A DNA stretch of 63,579 nt, filler included, from Chiloscyllium plagiosum (lineage: Eukaryota): NCBI RefSeq assembly GCF_004010195.1. It is 3 parts of one record of this genome, joined end to end, with 100 filler letters (N's around TTAATTAATTAA, not from the genome) between each part and the next. Parts side by side here need not be neighbours in the genome. Positions count along the whole stretch, not along the records: positions 1 to 28,319 come from NC_057714.1; 2 more parts are not named here. One strand, given 5' to 3'. Position 1 is the stretch's first letter; each line of letters begins with the position of its first letter. The position numbers and the translations under genes are program-made. Below the pieces are notes generated by a model. That model had not been told where the DNA came from. It made no database searches and worked only from the letters and a program-made list of their open reading frames with translations. This document shows, in pieces, positions 12,351 through 24,345 of this stretch.

Positions 12351-13083
12351 AAAGTTCACAGTCTACAAAACAGTTAGGGCAGAAGCAAATAAGCCCTGAG
12401 TGACTTAGAATTTAGAAGAGAAAAGGTCCAGAAACCAAAGATTTTAATGTGTCATCTTAAAGGCCTGTTGAATACATGACCTTGTGGAACACTTGTTAAG
12501 GAGTAAAAGAGCTCTCTTAGTTTGTTTAAGAGTCTCATGAAAAGACATTATCACTAAGACATTTACATTAAGAAGATTATATTGAGTGAATGCAGAAGTT
12601 TACTGGGAAAGAAACCCTGTGCTCTCTGACCAAGGAACTTTAAAGTGAAAAACAAAGTGACCCTTCACTGAGGTTCAACTATCTGTAAGGCTGTTGTGCA
12701 GATGAAATGGTTGAATCTTTAAATCTGATCTTTGTAACAAGACCATTTCACAACATTTTTTAAAAGTGTAAAATTGTTTGTTTTATTTCCCCTTCAGAGT
12801 GTCAAGAGTTTTGATGCTCTTTTCTTAAAACTGCTCTGGCACCCTATTATGAATATGTTCAGAGACTGACCACCACACGGGTCAGATTTCACTCTTGGAT
12901 TTTACCTGCCTCAGGCCACCAGTTTAGATCATAACACACGTTATTCAGGAGCAGTGAAATTTTAACAACTGATTCAGGAATAAGCCAAATATCCTACTTC
13001 TGCTCCTATGTCTTATGGTCTTATTGAGATTGGACTTTGCTGGTTAGGTCAGAATTCGCCATCCAACCCTAATAATCCAACCG

Positions 13084-13308
13084 TGGGCGGCACGGTGGCA
13101 CAGTGGTTAGCACTGCTGCCTCACAGCGCCAGAGACCCGGGTTCAATTCCCACCTCAGGCGACTGACTGTGTGGAGTATGCTAAATTGCCCATAGTGTTA
13201 GGTATAAGGGTAAATGTGGGTGTATGGGTGGGTTGCGCTTCGGCGGGTCGGTGTGGACTTGTTGGGCCGAAGGGCCTGTATCTACACTGTAATGTAATCT
13301 AATCTAAT
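13084..13308 (+). mobile_element. HE1-type V-SINE with internal deletion
   Basis: gggcggcacggtggcacagtggttagc..gggttcaattccc; (taatc)n tail; lacks the central part of the V-domain compared with the copy at 31853. Confidence 0.9.
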
Positions 13309-13309
13309 A

Positions 13310-14080
13310 GGCCTTGAGGCATTAGTGGTGAACTGTACGTGTGCTGACAATACTGTTTGGGAGTGAGTGCCAGGATTTTGACCCAGCAACAGTGAAGGAA
13401 CGGTGATATATGTCCAAATTAGAATGGTGAATGGCTTGGAGGGTAACACAAAGATATTCTGTTCTTCCAATAGAAGAGAAATGAACCGTTGCTGTGTAAC
13501 ATTTGATAGCATTAACATTGCTGATTCCCACACTGTGAACAACCTGGACATTGCCATTAACCAGAAACTGAACTGACCGGTCATAAATACTGTGGCTGCA
13601 AGAATAGGTCAGAGGCTAGGAATCCTAGAGTGAGTAACCAATCTCTGGATTCATTCACTCGCCTGAATCAGTTGCAGCTCCTAGATGGTGTCAAGAGGTT
13701 TGACAGCATTGAGGACAAAGCAGCCCATTTGATTGGTGCCACATTCACTCCCCCCCATCACCGAAGCTCAGTCACAACAGTGCGTACATTTTACAGAAAT
13801 TCACCAAAGCACCTGAGCCACATCTTCCAAATCCATGGTCACCAGCATCAAGAAGAACAAGGGCAGCTATATGGGAACACCACCACCTGCGAGTTTTCCT
13901 TCAAGCCCCTCACCATCAGGGCTTAGAAATATATCGCCGTTCCTTCAAGGTCACCAGGTCAAAATCCTGGAACTCCAACCCTGGGTGTAACCACACCAAA
14001 TGGACTACCGTGATTCACCACCACCACCTTCTCAAAGGCAACTAAGGTTGGGCAATAAATGCTGGCCCAGCGAAGCTCAT
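13310..14080. mobile_element. Zenon-like LINE 3' fragments (short minus piece followed by plus piece)
   Basis: Homologous to 11340-12030 (ccaggattttgaccc; gacaaagcagccc; caccaccttctcaa..gggcaataaatgctggcc). Confidence 0.7.
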
Positions 14081-14337
14081 ATCTTCTGAATAGATAATAC
14101 AGAAGATATTCAGGACCTTGCATATGTTTAGCCATTCAATTATATCATAGCCGATCTGTACCTCAACCCAGTTCATGTGACTTAGTTTGATACACATTGA
14201 AATCTTTATCTTACTAAAGAAAATCAACCATCAATCCTGAAAATTTCACAGACTTTGAAAGAGAGATTAATAGATTTCCATCACACTTTGTGTAAAATGC
14301 ATTATAATCTCACACATAAATACTCCAAGTCTAGTTT

Positions 14338-14837
14338 NNNNNNNNNNNNNNNNNNNNNNNNNNNNNNNNNNNNNNNNNNNNNNNNNNNNNNNNNNNNNNN
14401 NNNNNNNNNNNNNNNNNNNNNNNNNNNNNNNNNNNNNNNNNNNNNNNNNNNNNNNNNNNNNNNNNNNNNNNNNNNNNNNNNNNNNNNNNNNNNNNNNNNN
14501 NNNNNNNNNNNNNNNNNNNNNNNNNNNNNNNNNNNNNNNNNNNNNNNNNNNNNNNNNNNNNNNNNNNNNNNNNNNNNNNNNNNNNNNNNNNNNNNNNNNN
14601 NNNNNNNNNNNNNNNNNNNNNNNNNNNNNNNNNNNNNNNNNNNNNNNNNNNNNNNNNNNNNNNNNNNNNNNNNNNNNNNNNNNNNNNNNNNNNNNNNNNN
14701 NNNNNNNNNNNNNNNNNNNNNNNNNNNNNNNNNNNNNNNNNNNNNNNNNNNNNNNNNNNNNNNNNNNNNNNNNNNNNNNNNNNNNNNNNNNNNNNNNNNN
14801 NNNNNNNNNNNNNNNNNNNNNNNNNNNNNNNNNNNNN
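14338..14837. other. Assembly gap (exactly 500 N)
   Basis: Run of 500 N; the round size suggests a scaffolding join of unknown length. Confidence 0.98.
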
Positions 14838-15214
14838 TGGTACAATTACAATTTTTACAAGGCATCTGGATAGGTATATGAATAGGAACAGGGACAGAAA
14901 ACAACAAGTGCTGGAGATCACAGCGGGTCAGATAGCATCCATAGAGAGAGCGCAAGCTAACAATTTGAGTCTGGATGACTCTTAATCAGAGCTGAAGTGT
15001 AGTGTAGAGTGGACAATATTTATGCCAAAGTTTGGGAATGGTGGGGGTATTGGCTGCAGGGTGCTCATAGAGAAAAAATGTTGATAGCTCAGATTAAGTG
15101 ATTGGAATGTGAGAATAGCAGAAAAGTGGTGAGTATCCTGCCAGACTCGAACGGGAGGAGGAGAGGAATCATAGAATCCCTACAGTATGGGAACAGACCC
15201 TTCAGCCCAACATG

Positions 15215-15412
15215 GAGAAAGTGAGGACTGCAGATGCTGGAGATCAGAGCTTAAAAATGTGTTGCTGGAAAAGCGCAGCAGGTCAGGCAGCATCAAAGGA
15301 ACCTGAAGAAGGGTTCAGTCCTGAAGAAGGGCTTATGCCCGAAACGTCGATTCTCCTGTTCCTTTGATGCTGCCTGACCTGCTGCGCTTTTTCAGCAACA
15401 CATTTTTAAGTT
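15215..15412. mobile_element. Inverted PLE-derived short insert with perfect 15-bp TSD
   Basis: cttcagcccaacatg at 15200-15214 and 15413-15427; internal inverted arms. Confidence 0.9.
15317..15352 (+). ncRNA. Minimal type-I hammerhead ribozyme (intact core)
   Basis: AGTC|CUGAAGA|A|GGGC-UUAU-GCCC|GAAA|CG|UC^|GAUU: conserved core, 4-bp stem II, 4-bp stem I, palindromic ACGU minimal stem III; predicted cleavage after 15348. Confidence 0.7.
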
Positions 15413-16249
15413 CTTCAGCCCAACATGTCCACACTGACTCTCTGAAGAGTATCCCATCCAAACCCATTCCCCTACCCTATTACGCTACATTTATCCCTGA
15501 CGAATGCACCTAGCCTACACATTCCTGAACACCATGGGCAATTTAGCATGGCCAATTCAACTGACCTGCACATGATTGGATTGTGGGAGGAAACCCCCAC
15601 AAACAGGGGGAGAATGTGCAAACTCCACACAGACAGTCACGTGAGGCTGGAATCGAACCCAGGACCCTAGCGCTGTGAGGCAGCAGTGCTAACCACTGAG
15701 CCACTGTGCTACTAAAACAAAAAGGGCAAGAAATGGGAATTGCTTCACAATTTGAAGGTGTTGAACTCAATACTAAGTCCAGGAGGCTGTCAAGTGCCTT
15801 GTCTGAAGATGAGATGTTGTTCCTCCAGTCTGCGCTGTGATTCACTGGAACACTGCAGCATGCCGAGGACAGACATGAGGACATGCAAGCAGGACGCTGT
15901 GTTAAAATGACCAGCTACGGGAAGGTCAGGGTCCTGCCCGCGCACAGACTGGAGATGTTCCGTAAAGCGGTCACCAATTTGCGTTTGGTTTCTCCAATAT
16001 GGGTGCAGTGAATACAATCCGCAAGACAGGAAGAGGTACAGGTGGAATGCTGCTTCACCCGTTTAGGCCCTTGGATGGTGAGGGTTTAGAGGTATATCGA
16101 CCAAATGAAGGCAAATGGGACGAGATGAATTTCGGATATGTGGTCAGAATGGTCGATTTGGTGTTTTTTCCGTGGTGTGCAGGTCCATGACTCTCAATGG
16201 ACTAGGAAGTCCTAATTCAGATTCTCTTAAGATTAACGTGTAGGTTCAT

Positions 16250-16890
16250 TTGGCACCTAGGAAGACAAATGCAATGTTAGCATTTATTTCAAGAGAGCTA
16301 GAACTCAAAAACAGAGATGTACTGCTGAGGCTGTATAAAGCTCTGGTCACACAGCATTTTGAATATTGTAAGCATTTTCTGGCCTCATAGTTAACAATGT
16401 CCTGGCCTTGAAGGGTATCCAGAGGAGGCTTCTGGGAATGATACCAAAGCTGAAAGCTGAGAGGAGCAGTTGAGGATTCTGGATCTGTACTCAATAGAAT
16501 TTAGAAGGATGGGGGTGGGGATGGGGATCCCATTGAAACTTACAGAATACTGAGAGGTCTGCATAGTCTGGAGTTGGAGAAGGTGTTCCCACTATTAGAA
16601 GAGGCTAGGAGACAGGGGCTCGGCCTCAGAATTAAGGGATGACCTTTAGAGCTGAGATGCTGGGGAATGTCTTCAACCAGAGGGTGGGGAATCTGTGGAA
16701 CTCATTGCCACTGAAGGCTGTGGAGGCCAAATCATTGAGTGTATTTAAGACAGAGATCGTTAGGTTCTTGATTATTAAAGGGATCAAAGTTTATAGGGAG
16801 AAGGCAGAGGAATGGGGTTGAGAAATCTCTCAGCCATGATCGAATGTGATGGGTCAAATGGCCCAATTCTACTCTTATATCTTATGGTTT
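16250..16890 (+). mobile_element. CR1 LINE 3' fragment
   Basis: ORF NVFNQRVGNLWNSLPLKAVEAKSL; CR1 3' tail. Confidence 0.8.
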
Positions 16891-17221
16891 TAATGGTATC
16901 AAATGCATTGATTAATTAAGGTCACAAGGTGAGTGAATTCAGTCCCCAGTTTTGTACCAACAGTCAGCTAATGGCAGACCTATTTTTCAGTATTTATGGA
17001 ATGCCACAATGGTTTTTCTGTATAAGGTAAAGTCACCATAGTCCTACCAGATCATAGAGGAGAGGGGAGGTTGAGATGAAGATTCAGCCAGTGCAGGAAT
17101 TGAACCCATGCTGTTGGCATCACTCACTAACCATCCAAATTAACCGACTTCCTCAACACTATGAAGCAATCTTGTGTCCAATAATGGACAAAACAGCAGA
17201 CTCAAGAGCTAAGAGAGATTG

Positions 17222-17590
17222 ACATAGAACATAGAACATAGAACAGTACAGCACAGAACAGGCCCTTCAGCCCACGATGTTGTGCCGACCACTGATCCTC
17301 ATGCATCCACCCTCAAATTTCTGTGACCATATGCATGTCCAGTAGTCTCTTAAATGTCCCCAATGACCTCGCTTCCACAACTGCTGCTGGCAATGCATTC
17401 CATGCTCTCACAACTCTCTGTGCAAAGAACCCGCCTCTGACATCCCCTCTATACTTTCCTCCAACCAGCATAAACTATGACCCCTCGTGTTAGCCATTTC
17501 TGCCCTGGGAAATAGTCTCTGGCTATCGACTCTATCTATGCCTCTCATTATCTTGTACACCCCTCTCCTCCTCCTTTTCTCCAATGAAAA
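17222..17590 (-). mobile_element. CR1 LINE 3' end
   Basis: (acataga)n tail; minus strand FFAQRVVRAWNALP. Confidence 0.8.
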
Positions 17591-17939
17591 AAAATGACCT
17601 TGATGAAAAATAAATCAATGACCTTGATACCATAGCAACATTTGACTCAGGACGACATTAAGGAATGCTAGCAAAATTGAAGTCAGTTGAAATCTGGAGT
17701 CAGCTCTTCATTGGGTATAGTCATACATGGCAGAAGGGAAGATGGTTGTGGTGATTGGAAACCAATCACCTAAAGTCCAGGACATTGGTGCAGGAGTTCC
17801 TTAAGGTAGTGCCCTGAGCTGCTTGCATTATGTCCTGAGGATTAATCTTCACTCACTGGATACTCCAAGACAATCCAGATGTTGGCAACTTCTACTGGCA
17901 ACTGGTTCCTTGGTGAATGAATGAAGAGATGATTTTAAT

Positions 17940-18675
17940 GTAACGTGTATATTCTAATGAGAAAAAAACGCAAAAGCTTTTCCATTGTTGTTACAATCCA
18001 GCACCATTTTGAATAGTTAGGAAAAAAGTGGAAAAATCTATCTTAAATAGAGTCCGTCAATCCTGAGCCAGCTCATCATCAAAGATGCCCCTCACTGCCA
18101 TCCCTCCTCCACTGCCTCACCACCATCTACATCAGACCCAACCAGCGTTGAAGTCATCACTCTTCAGACACCATCTCTTGCTGCTGGGCCAATTGTCCTC
18201 CACCATCACCTCGCTGCCACCTGCACTGGACTCACCAATGTCAGCTTCGCATCTCTTGCTGCTGGGCCCACCTTTGTCAAAGTCGCTGCGCTGCTCTTCC
18301 ACCATTGCCAGCACCAGACCCAAGCGACAGCAAAATCGCTGTTCCTCAAATGCTATCTAATGCTGCTGGACCTACCTCACCAATGGCACCTCCACCAAGG
18401 TAGAAGCCACATTCCAATGCCAGGTCCCATCTACGCCCCGGAAAAGTAAGCGGGGGCTCACTGGAGTCCACGCTGGGTTTAATTGGCGGCCACCCATGTG
18501 TATCATGCTGAACCCAGTAGAGTCTGCACTGGGGTTTGTTGCCATGTGGATGCAGTCTGATTTCAGGGCAAGGGTAAGCAAAAAGGAAAAAAAGAGAAGA
18601 GAATAAAAATGAAAAGCGATTGGAGTGGATGAGCCCTGGCTCAGGAGCCCTTCCCCACTGCCATCTTGATGTCAT
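17940..18675 (-). mobile_element. Second copy of caagatgg-headed non-autonomous element
   Basis: Minus atgacatcaagatggcag..ggctcatcc..ttttc resembles 7343-7420; shares the ggtg..tgaaga..acttca internal motif. Confidence 0.5.
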
Positions 18676-19128
18676 GTAAAGGATCAGGGTTGTTCAGCAC
18701 CTTCTCAGGAGGTTTCTGTCAATAGCAGATCGTATAGGGGTTGGCGCCAATGGCTCCGGAACAGATGGTCAGCTCTCATTTACAGTCGAGACAGAAATGC
18801 CTAGAAAATCACCTGAACATTGTCAGGGTGGGATGGACCTTTGAGAATGCTGGTGGCCTTTCCTGACAGCAGGCCTAGCAGATGGATTCTATAGATTCTA
18901 TAGATGGGAGGTTGGCCTTTGTGACGATCTGGGCCAAGTTCACCACTCTCTGTAACCATCTCCGATCTTGAATGGTACAGTTGCTGTCATGCCAAATTTC
19001 CTCAGCTGCTGTTCAAACAGCTTTCAGGAAGTCTTGTGGTGAGTTTTGCTTGTTCTTTATAGAGTGAGATTTATTGTGCTAACATTATGACTAATCAGTA
19101 TGGATGTTTATAATATTGTGTGCCTGTG

Positions 19129-19765
19129 AACAGTGGAGAGTGGAGCATGGAGAGTGTCCAGCTCCTGGGAGTGGTCATCCACAACAGGTTTTCTTGGACG
19201 CTTCATGTGGATGCACTGGTTACAGAGGCCCAACAACATCTCTTCTTCCTCAGGTAGCTGAGGAAATTTGGCATGACATCGAATATCCTTGCCAACTTTT
19301 ATAGGTGTGCCATCGAGAGCATCCTGTCTGGGTGTATCACTACCTGGTATGGCAACTGTACCATTCAAGATTGGAGACTGTTACAGAGAGTGGTGAACTC
19401 GGCCCAGACAATCACAAAGGCCAACCTCCCATCTATAGAGTCCATCTACCAGGCCCACTGTCAAGGAAAGGCCGCCAGCATTCTCAAAGGTCCATCCCAC
19501 CCTGGCAATATTTCTCAACAACCTCTACCATCGGGGACAAGGTACAGAAGCCTGAACACACGCACCAGCCGGTTTCGGAACAGTTTCTACCCTACTGTTG
19601 TTAGAATACTGAATGGACTCACAAACTCTTAACATTCGCCTGTACCTGTGTTTTTGCTTTTTCCGCTGTTTACCTATTATTTACTATCTATGCTCCTTAA
19701 CTCTGTGAGCTGCTTATCACTGTGCCTCGGTACACGTGACAATAAATTCAATTCAATTCAATTCA
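19129..19765 (+). mobile_element. Rex1/Babar LINE 3' fragment
   Basis: ORF FYRCAIESILSGCITTWYGNC..PSHPG..LPSG.RYRSL.TRTSRFRNSFYP; (attca)n tail. An older minus-strand piece lies at 18680-19010. Confidence 0.85.
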
Positions 19766-19992
19766 GTCCCCAGCTGAGAAATCTTTTCAAACTAGCTCTT
19801 ATTATTAAATATTTTCAAATGACGGTCATAAAATTCTTTTAAAACTAAATAACACTTGAATACCTCAATTATGACCTTCAAATGAGAAATAATTATTTGA
19901 AGAGAAACATTTTATAAGGCTATTGGCAAATGGTGAAGGTGTGGGACAAGTTGAATTGCTCTTGCAGAGAACAAGCACTGACTTCCTTATAT

Positions 19993-20130
19993 TTTTTTTT
20001 TGACACTTTTTTTATTTTATTAAACAAATTACAAAACACTTTACAAAAAACATTGACAGCTGTACACAAGAGACAGCAATTTTACAAGGGAGAGGAGCAG
20101 TAAAGCTAGGCCCCAAACCCTACCGTTCAA
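19993..20130 (-). mobile_element. 5'-truncated poly(A) retro-insertion with 16-bp TSD
   Basis: TSD actgacttccttatat (19977-19992, 20131-20146); poly-T on plus; AATAAA on minus upstream of the tail. Confidence 0.75.
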
Positions 20131-21097
20131 ACTGACTTCCTTATATATGATAGTAATGTGCTTATTGGTCAATTAGCTAATCAACATTTGCACACAAGGC
20201 AGGGGTAGGTCAATCTCCCCTCCTTCAGCTTGCTCAGTCAGTCAATTAGATCACGGCTGATCTGATGGAACCTCACTTCCAGATTGCTACCTATTCCTGG
20301 TAATTGTTCACCTCTTGCTTAACAAGAATCTATCTACCTCTGCCTTAAAAGCATTCAAGGATTCTACTTCCACCATCTTTCAGGAAGACAGTTCCAAAAA
20401 TTTACAACCCTCAGAAAAAAAAAATTCACCTCATCTCTGTTTAAAATGAGGGACCCCTTATTTTTAAACAGCGACTTGGCCACGACTGCTTTATGTGATA
20501 GAGAATTCCATCGGTTCACCACCCTCTGAGTGAAAAATTGTCTCTTCATCTCAATTCAATGGCCTACCCCATATCATGAGACTGTGACCCCTTGTGCTAG
20601 GCTTCCCCAACCAGGAGAAACATTATCCCTGCATGCAGTTTACCAACTCCTGTCAGGTAGCAAGCCTCCCTACTTATGTACAAGGGTCCCTGATATCCAA
20701 CTTACGAATGCTCTTACTTTCAAACACGATCCCACACAGGAGTTTTAAAGATCCAACATAAAACCACTTGCTTGTACTTTGACTGGCTATTTTACATTGT
20801 TGTGCATTGTATTCCAACTTGCATACAAAACAACTAGTGAACAAACACAACAAGGTAAGTCGATGGATGTTGTTTACATGGACTTCTAGAGGCTTTTGAT
20901 AAAGTCCCACACAAAGCAGTGGCCTAGTAAAATTATTACTAGACTGTTAATCCAGACACCCAGGTAATGTCCTGGGGATCGGGTTGGAATCCCGCCATAC
21001 AGATGGTGGACTTGAAATCAATAAACATCTGGAATGAGGAGTGTCATAATGACTGGAAATCCATTGTCTGGCCTACATGTGACTCCAGACCCACAGT

Positions 21098-21700
21098 CAT
21101 AGAACATAGAACATAGAAAAGTACAGCACAAAACAGGCCCTATGGCCCACGATGTTGTGCCGAGGTTTAATCCTAATGTAAAATAAAGTAACTTAACCTA
21201 CGCACCGCTCAACTCACTGCTCTCCATGTGCATGTCCAGCAGTCGCTTAAATGTCCCTGAAACGTCTGAGCTTATTCAATCTTTCTTCACAAGGCAAGCC
21301 CTCCCGTCCAGGCAGCATCCTGGTAAACCTTCTTTACACCCTCTCCAAAGCCTCTGTATCTTTCCGATAGTAGGGCGACCAGAACTGGACACAATATTCC
21401 AAGTGTGGTCTCACCAGGGACTTGTAGAGCTGCAGCAAAACCTCATGGCTCTTAAACTCAATCCCCCTGTTAATGAAAGCCAAAGCACCATAAGCTTTCT
21501 TAACAACCCTATCCACTTGGGGGGCAACTTTGAGGGATCTATGTACTTGCACACCCAGATCCCTTTGTTCCTCCACACTGCCAAGAATCCTGTCTTTAAT
21601 CCTACAGTCAGCATTCGAGTTTGACCTTCCAAGATGCATCAGTTCGCATTTATTCAGATTGAACTCCATCTGCCATTTCTCAGCCCAGCTCTGCATCCTG
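21098..21700 (-). mobile_element. CR1 LINE 3' fragment
   Basis: [40 protein letters not shown]. Confidence 0.9.
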
Positions 21701-21867
21701 TGCTTGACTCTTAACTGTCCGCTGGGCAATTAGGGATGGACTATAAATACATGGGTGAATGGCTTTCTCCTGTTCCTGTGTATGACCGGGCCAGTTCAAA
21801 CCCAGGGAGTGCATGTCTTAAATCTCCTTAGCAATAAATGATGGCATGATGGTGGCGGGCATCAATA

Positions 21868-22212
21868 ACGGGGTGGCTTAGAGGTTAGCACTGCTGTCTC
21901 ACAGTGCCAGGGATCTGGGTTCAATTCCAGCCTTGGGCAGCTGTCTGTTTCGAGTTGTGCACATTCTTCCCATGTCTGCATGGGTTTCTTCTGGGTGCTC
22001 CGGTTCAAAGGCGTGCAGGTTGGGTGAATTGGCTGTGCTAAATTGCCCATAGTGTCTATGGATGTGCAAGTTCGGTGAATTATCCGTGGGGAATGCAGGG
22101 TTACAGGGATGAGGTGTGAGGGCGGGGGTGGATCTGGGCTGGATGCTTTTCGGAGGGTCAGTATGGACTTGGTGGGTCGAATAGTCCTCTTCTACACTAT
22201 AGAGATTCTATG
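21868..22212 (+). mobile_element. HE1-type V-SINE
   Basis: A/B boxes, V-domain and CR1-like tail. Confidence 0.8.
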
Positions 22213-23350
22213 AAACTTTCCTAACCAATTCATGCACTAGGACAGCCAGAACCCTTGCATATCTGAGTTCTGCAATCTCTCACCATTTACATCTTTTAGT
22301 ATTCCTGCCAAAATGGACAATTTCATATTTTGCCATACTATACTGCATTTGTGAATTCCTTGATCATTAACTCAAGGTAACCTTTTTCTCTATAAACCTT
22401 AATCTTAACCTATATCTTTTCCTGGCCCTGTTCGTGTTGTCTTCACAATTTACTTTCCTACCTATCAACAGATTTGACAACTAAATCTTCATCCCTTCAT
22501 CCAAATAATTTATGTAAATTGTTAGTTATTAAATACATGTTTATGCAGGGGCAGAGACCTTTGTGCCAGGCATCAGACATTGAGAACATGCGAGCAAAAA
22601 TTTGTTGAGAAAGATCGTTCACCTTAACTTAAATTTTATCTCGTTTAAGTTAAACCTGCACTTTCCACATTCCTATGTCAATCAGGGAAAATGTTGCAAC
22701 ATTGAGAGTTCCTGGGATCAGATTCCAGACCTTGTTATCATAATAGGTGGAGTGGAGACCTGTGAACGAACTTCCTGAGTACACTTGCACAACAGGAAAT
22801 ACAAACAGATTTTGAAATTGTTTTTGGATCATTCCAGTAAAACTCGTTCAGCAAGTTCTGCCTTTGAGAAATTATGCAAGTTAGCCAATTTTAAGGAATT
22901 CAGTACATTTGTACTGTGTGATTGTACATGCTGGGAGAAATGCCAATATTCACATTGTCACTATAAAGGCTTCTTATTGTTTCGTCCTGACAACCCAATC
23001 TAGCTTCGGGGAACAGTGTGTCATGTGGTGCATGTACCAGGCAGAAACTTGAACCAATGTAATTAAACCTATAATATTGCATTTCAAAAGGTTTTCGCAC
23101 TGATCACCAATGACAAAGTGACAGTCAATACTCCCTCCAGCATGAGTGTGAAAAAATATGCAACCCTTGTCAGATGACAGCGAAACAAAATTGTACTGTT
23201 GCACGAACTAGGAAAAGTGGCTGTCTTTTGAATACAGCATTTAAAGCCTCCACTGGATATTTTGGTGTGTGAAAGTCACCCTTCAATTACAGCCAGAGGG
23301 TCTTGGACATTGATCCAGCTCCCACAGAATGACTGACACTCCTGTTCTTT

Positions 23351-23868
23351 ATTTTTTTAAATTAACCCCCTTAGGCGGTAGTGCTTATTTTTCCCCAGCA
23401 CCCATGATGTGTGTGTGTGTGTGTGCAGATGTGGGACACAGTGAAAGACACAAAGTGCACCAATCTTTATTCAATTTCCACCACCAAGAAGATAGGAAAA
23501 CACCCGGGTGGCCAGTGACAAACACTGCCCTTCACATCAAAGGGCAGTGCTGTGTGATCAAAACAGTGAAGGGGAGGGTAGGGACTAAATCAAAATAGAT
23601 TTGGAGGGAGAAATGATGCACTCCACTCCCTGCGGCGCCCACCTCTCCCTGAACAACTCCAGGGTGTTGGTGGACACCGCGTGCTCCTTCTCCAAGGACA
23701 CCCGGGCTCTAACATAACCGCGGAAGAGGGGCAGGCAGTCGGCCCTAACGACGCCCTCCACGGCCCGCTGCCTGGACCTGTTGATGGCCAGTTTGGCCAG
23801 GCCCAGGAGCAGACCCACGAGGAGGTCTTCAGACCTGCCCTCCCTCCTCCGTACCGGGTGCCCGAAGA
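23351..23868 (-). mobile_element. Tx1/L1-clade LINE 3' end inserted in the Gypsy LTR
   Basis: ORF LLLGLAKLAINRSR..FRGYVRARVSLEKEH..FRERW; 11-bp TSD tcctgtt(c/t)ttt (23340-23350, 23869-23879). Confidence 0.8.
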
Positions 23869-24054
23869 TCCTGTTTTTTTCGATCAGCCCCTGTGCTCTG
23901 ATTGGACCAGATTAACAGCCCCAATCAGGGAACCCACGTCCATTGGCTGATTCTTTTTTGTTGGTAGCTCCTCCTATTTTGCCTCTGATACAGTGGCTCA
24001 TCTCTTGAAGCTGGAGAATCCCAGAACAGTTGAAGTTTTGAGCAGAAGCTCTTG

Positions 24055-24345
24055 TTTAGATTCGATTAGATTCCTTACAGTACGGAAACAGGCCCTTCGG
24101 ACCAACCAGTCCACGCTGACCCTCTGACTAATGCACCTAAGACTACGGGCAATTTAGCATGGCCAATTCACCTGACCTGCACATCTTTGGACTGTGGGAG
24201 GAAACCGGAGCACCCGGAGGAAACCCACGCAGACACGGGGAGAATGCGCAAACTCCACACAGACAGTCGCCCGAGGCGGGAATTGAACCTGGGCCCCTGG
24301 CGCTGTGAGGCAGCAGTGCTAACCACCGAGCCACCGTGCTGCCCC
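24055..24345 (-). mobile_element. HE1-type V-SINE (young)
   Basis: CpG-rich reverse copy with intact A/B boxes. Confidence 0.9.

Larger units (their letters stand above)
15168..15710 (-). mobile_element. HE1-type V-SINE interrupted by PLE short insert
   Basis: Reverse head at 15640-15708; the tail is split by the 15215-15412 insert. Confidence 0.85.
14893..16085 (-). mobile_element. Penelope-like element (GIY-YIG C-terminus + 3' tail; third subfamily), host of nested insertions
   Basis: ORF 15790-16017 GDRFTEHL..PVAGHFN..RRLEEQHLIFRQGT is a PLE GIY-YIG C-terminus; hammerhead-like motif at 14956-14994. Confidence 0.75.

Noticed and set aside
12351..12936. LTR-like segment ending gatcataaca (possibly continuing 8380-8740)
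   Set aside because: No clear 5' TG boundary, TSD or PBS; support is too weak to annotate.
13084..13160. tRNA gene-like A/B boxes (here and in other SINE heads)
   Set aside because: They continue into V-SINE body and CR1-like tail, so they are SINEs and not tRNA genes.
14255..14955. ORFs spanning N runs (also 24604-25665, 28372-28605)
   Set aside because: Artefacts of translating assembly gaps.
22540..23230. Non-repeat-looking block as TBC1D20-like exon 8 or 3' UTR
   Set aside because: No frame shows the QRPD motif or a transmembrane tail; cannot be assigned from sequence alone.
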